Source: Balanoglossus misakiensis (lineage: Eukaryota; Animalia; Hemichordata). From it: a stretch of DNA of 64,000 nt. A model generated the notes under the pieces. That model saw only the letters and a program-made list of their open reading frames with translations, ran no database searches and was not told where the DNA came from. Positions 63,345 through 64,000 of this stretch are shown one piece after another. Both the position numbers and the translations under genes were made by a program. The first letter of the stretch is position 1; each line of letters starts with the position of its first letter. The stretch covers positions 11,096,555 to 11,160,554 of the forward strand of contig CM082590.2 of the NCBI GenBank assembly GCA_040954595.2. The letters run 5' to 3'.

Positions 63345-64000
63345 GTAAGTGAAATCACCAGGGTTACCGGGGTATTAACTTTTGGACACGCTTTCATGAG
63401 AAAAGGGTATTCCAAATGTTACTATGGAAACAGACAATTTTGCATGTAGGTATCTTGGACACTGAGTGTACAAGTAAAAATTAATGCTACAGCACGTCTT
63501 TGAATCTTGGAAAGATATTAATTTTCTTATAGCCACATAAGGAAAACAAGATCTGTATCAATTCCTGTATTCAATTTACTTTTAATAATACTCTGAGTAA
63601 CTAAATATGTTACTCTAATTTTCAAAATGAAAACTATGCTATCCTAAATAATCCTAGCAAAGAAATGTATCTTGGTATTTGTAGTCAAATATCGACAGAT
63701 TTAAGAATCTAAAATGCATTGTTACAGCGAAGGTGAAGTCTCCAGATTAGAGTGTCTGTGTTTAAAGAATACTTGAAGTGTCAGCATACCACAGTCATTG
63801 AGATGAAGTTAACAGGATGCATCTGTCACCTAGCAACCGTTTCTCAATAATGACTACGGCAATAAGACTCGCAAGTGTACCCTACATTAAGGGCAGACAA
63901 CTTTCTGTCTGAATTGTGAAACTTGATTATCAAGCACAACAGAGCTATAATAGCTGCTGCTGCCGCCACCCACTTACTTTTACAATGATTCAGCCATTTA

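Overview
Eukaryotic, intron-rich, AT-rich animal genomic DNA; gene content suggests an invertebrate deuterostome (inference). Genes in order: an intronless class A peptide-type GPCR (-), a 4-exon histamine N-methyltransferase-like gene (-), DHX30-like DEAH RNA helicase (-), RPE (+), an M13 neprilysin/ECE metallopeptidase (+), a PWWP+IBD protein of the HDGFL2/PSIP1 family (-), and the first coding exon of Rab27 (+). An intronless TRIM-NHL gene (+) is nested antisense in DHX30 intron 2, and RPE is head-to-head with DHX30. Non-coding highlights: (1) an 87-bp palindrome-containing satellite with ~24 units that flips orientation at the palindrome, plus a second block flanked by a 9-bp direct repeat; (2) a 519-bp TG..CA insertion with a 4-bp TSD whose empty site is preserved in an adjacent duplicate; (3) about 10 copies of a TTAA/piggyBac-type MITE; (4) several long hairpins, clustered downstream of the TRIM gene; (5) a ~54-bp 28S rRNA fragment; (6) an orphan promoter-like motif cluster; (7) a probable GC-AG intron. 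Gene names come from recalled family motifs, not database searches, and exon boundaries were read by eye.
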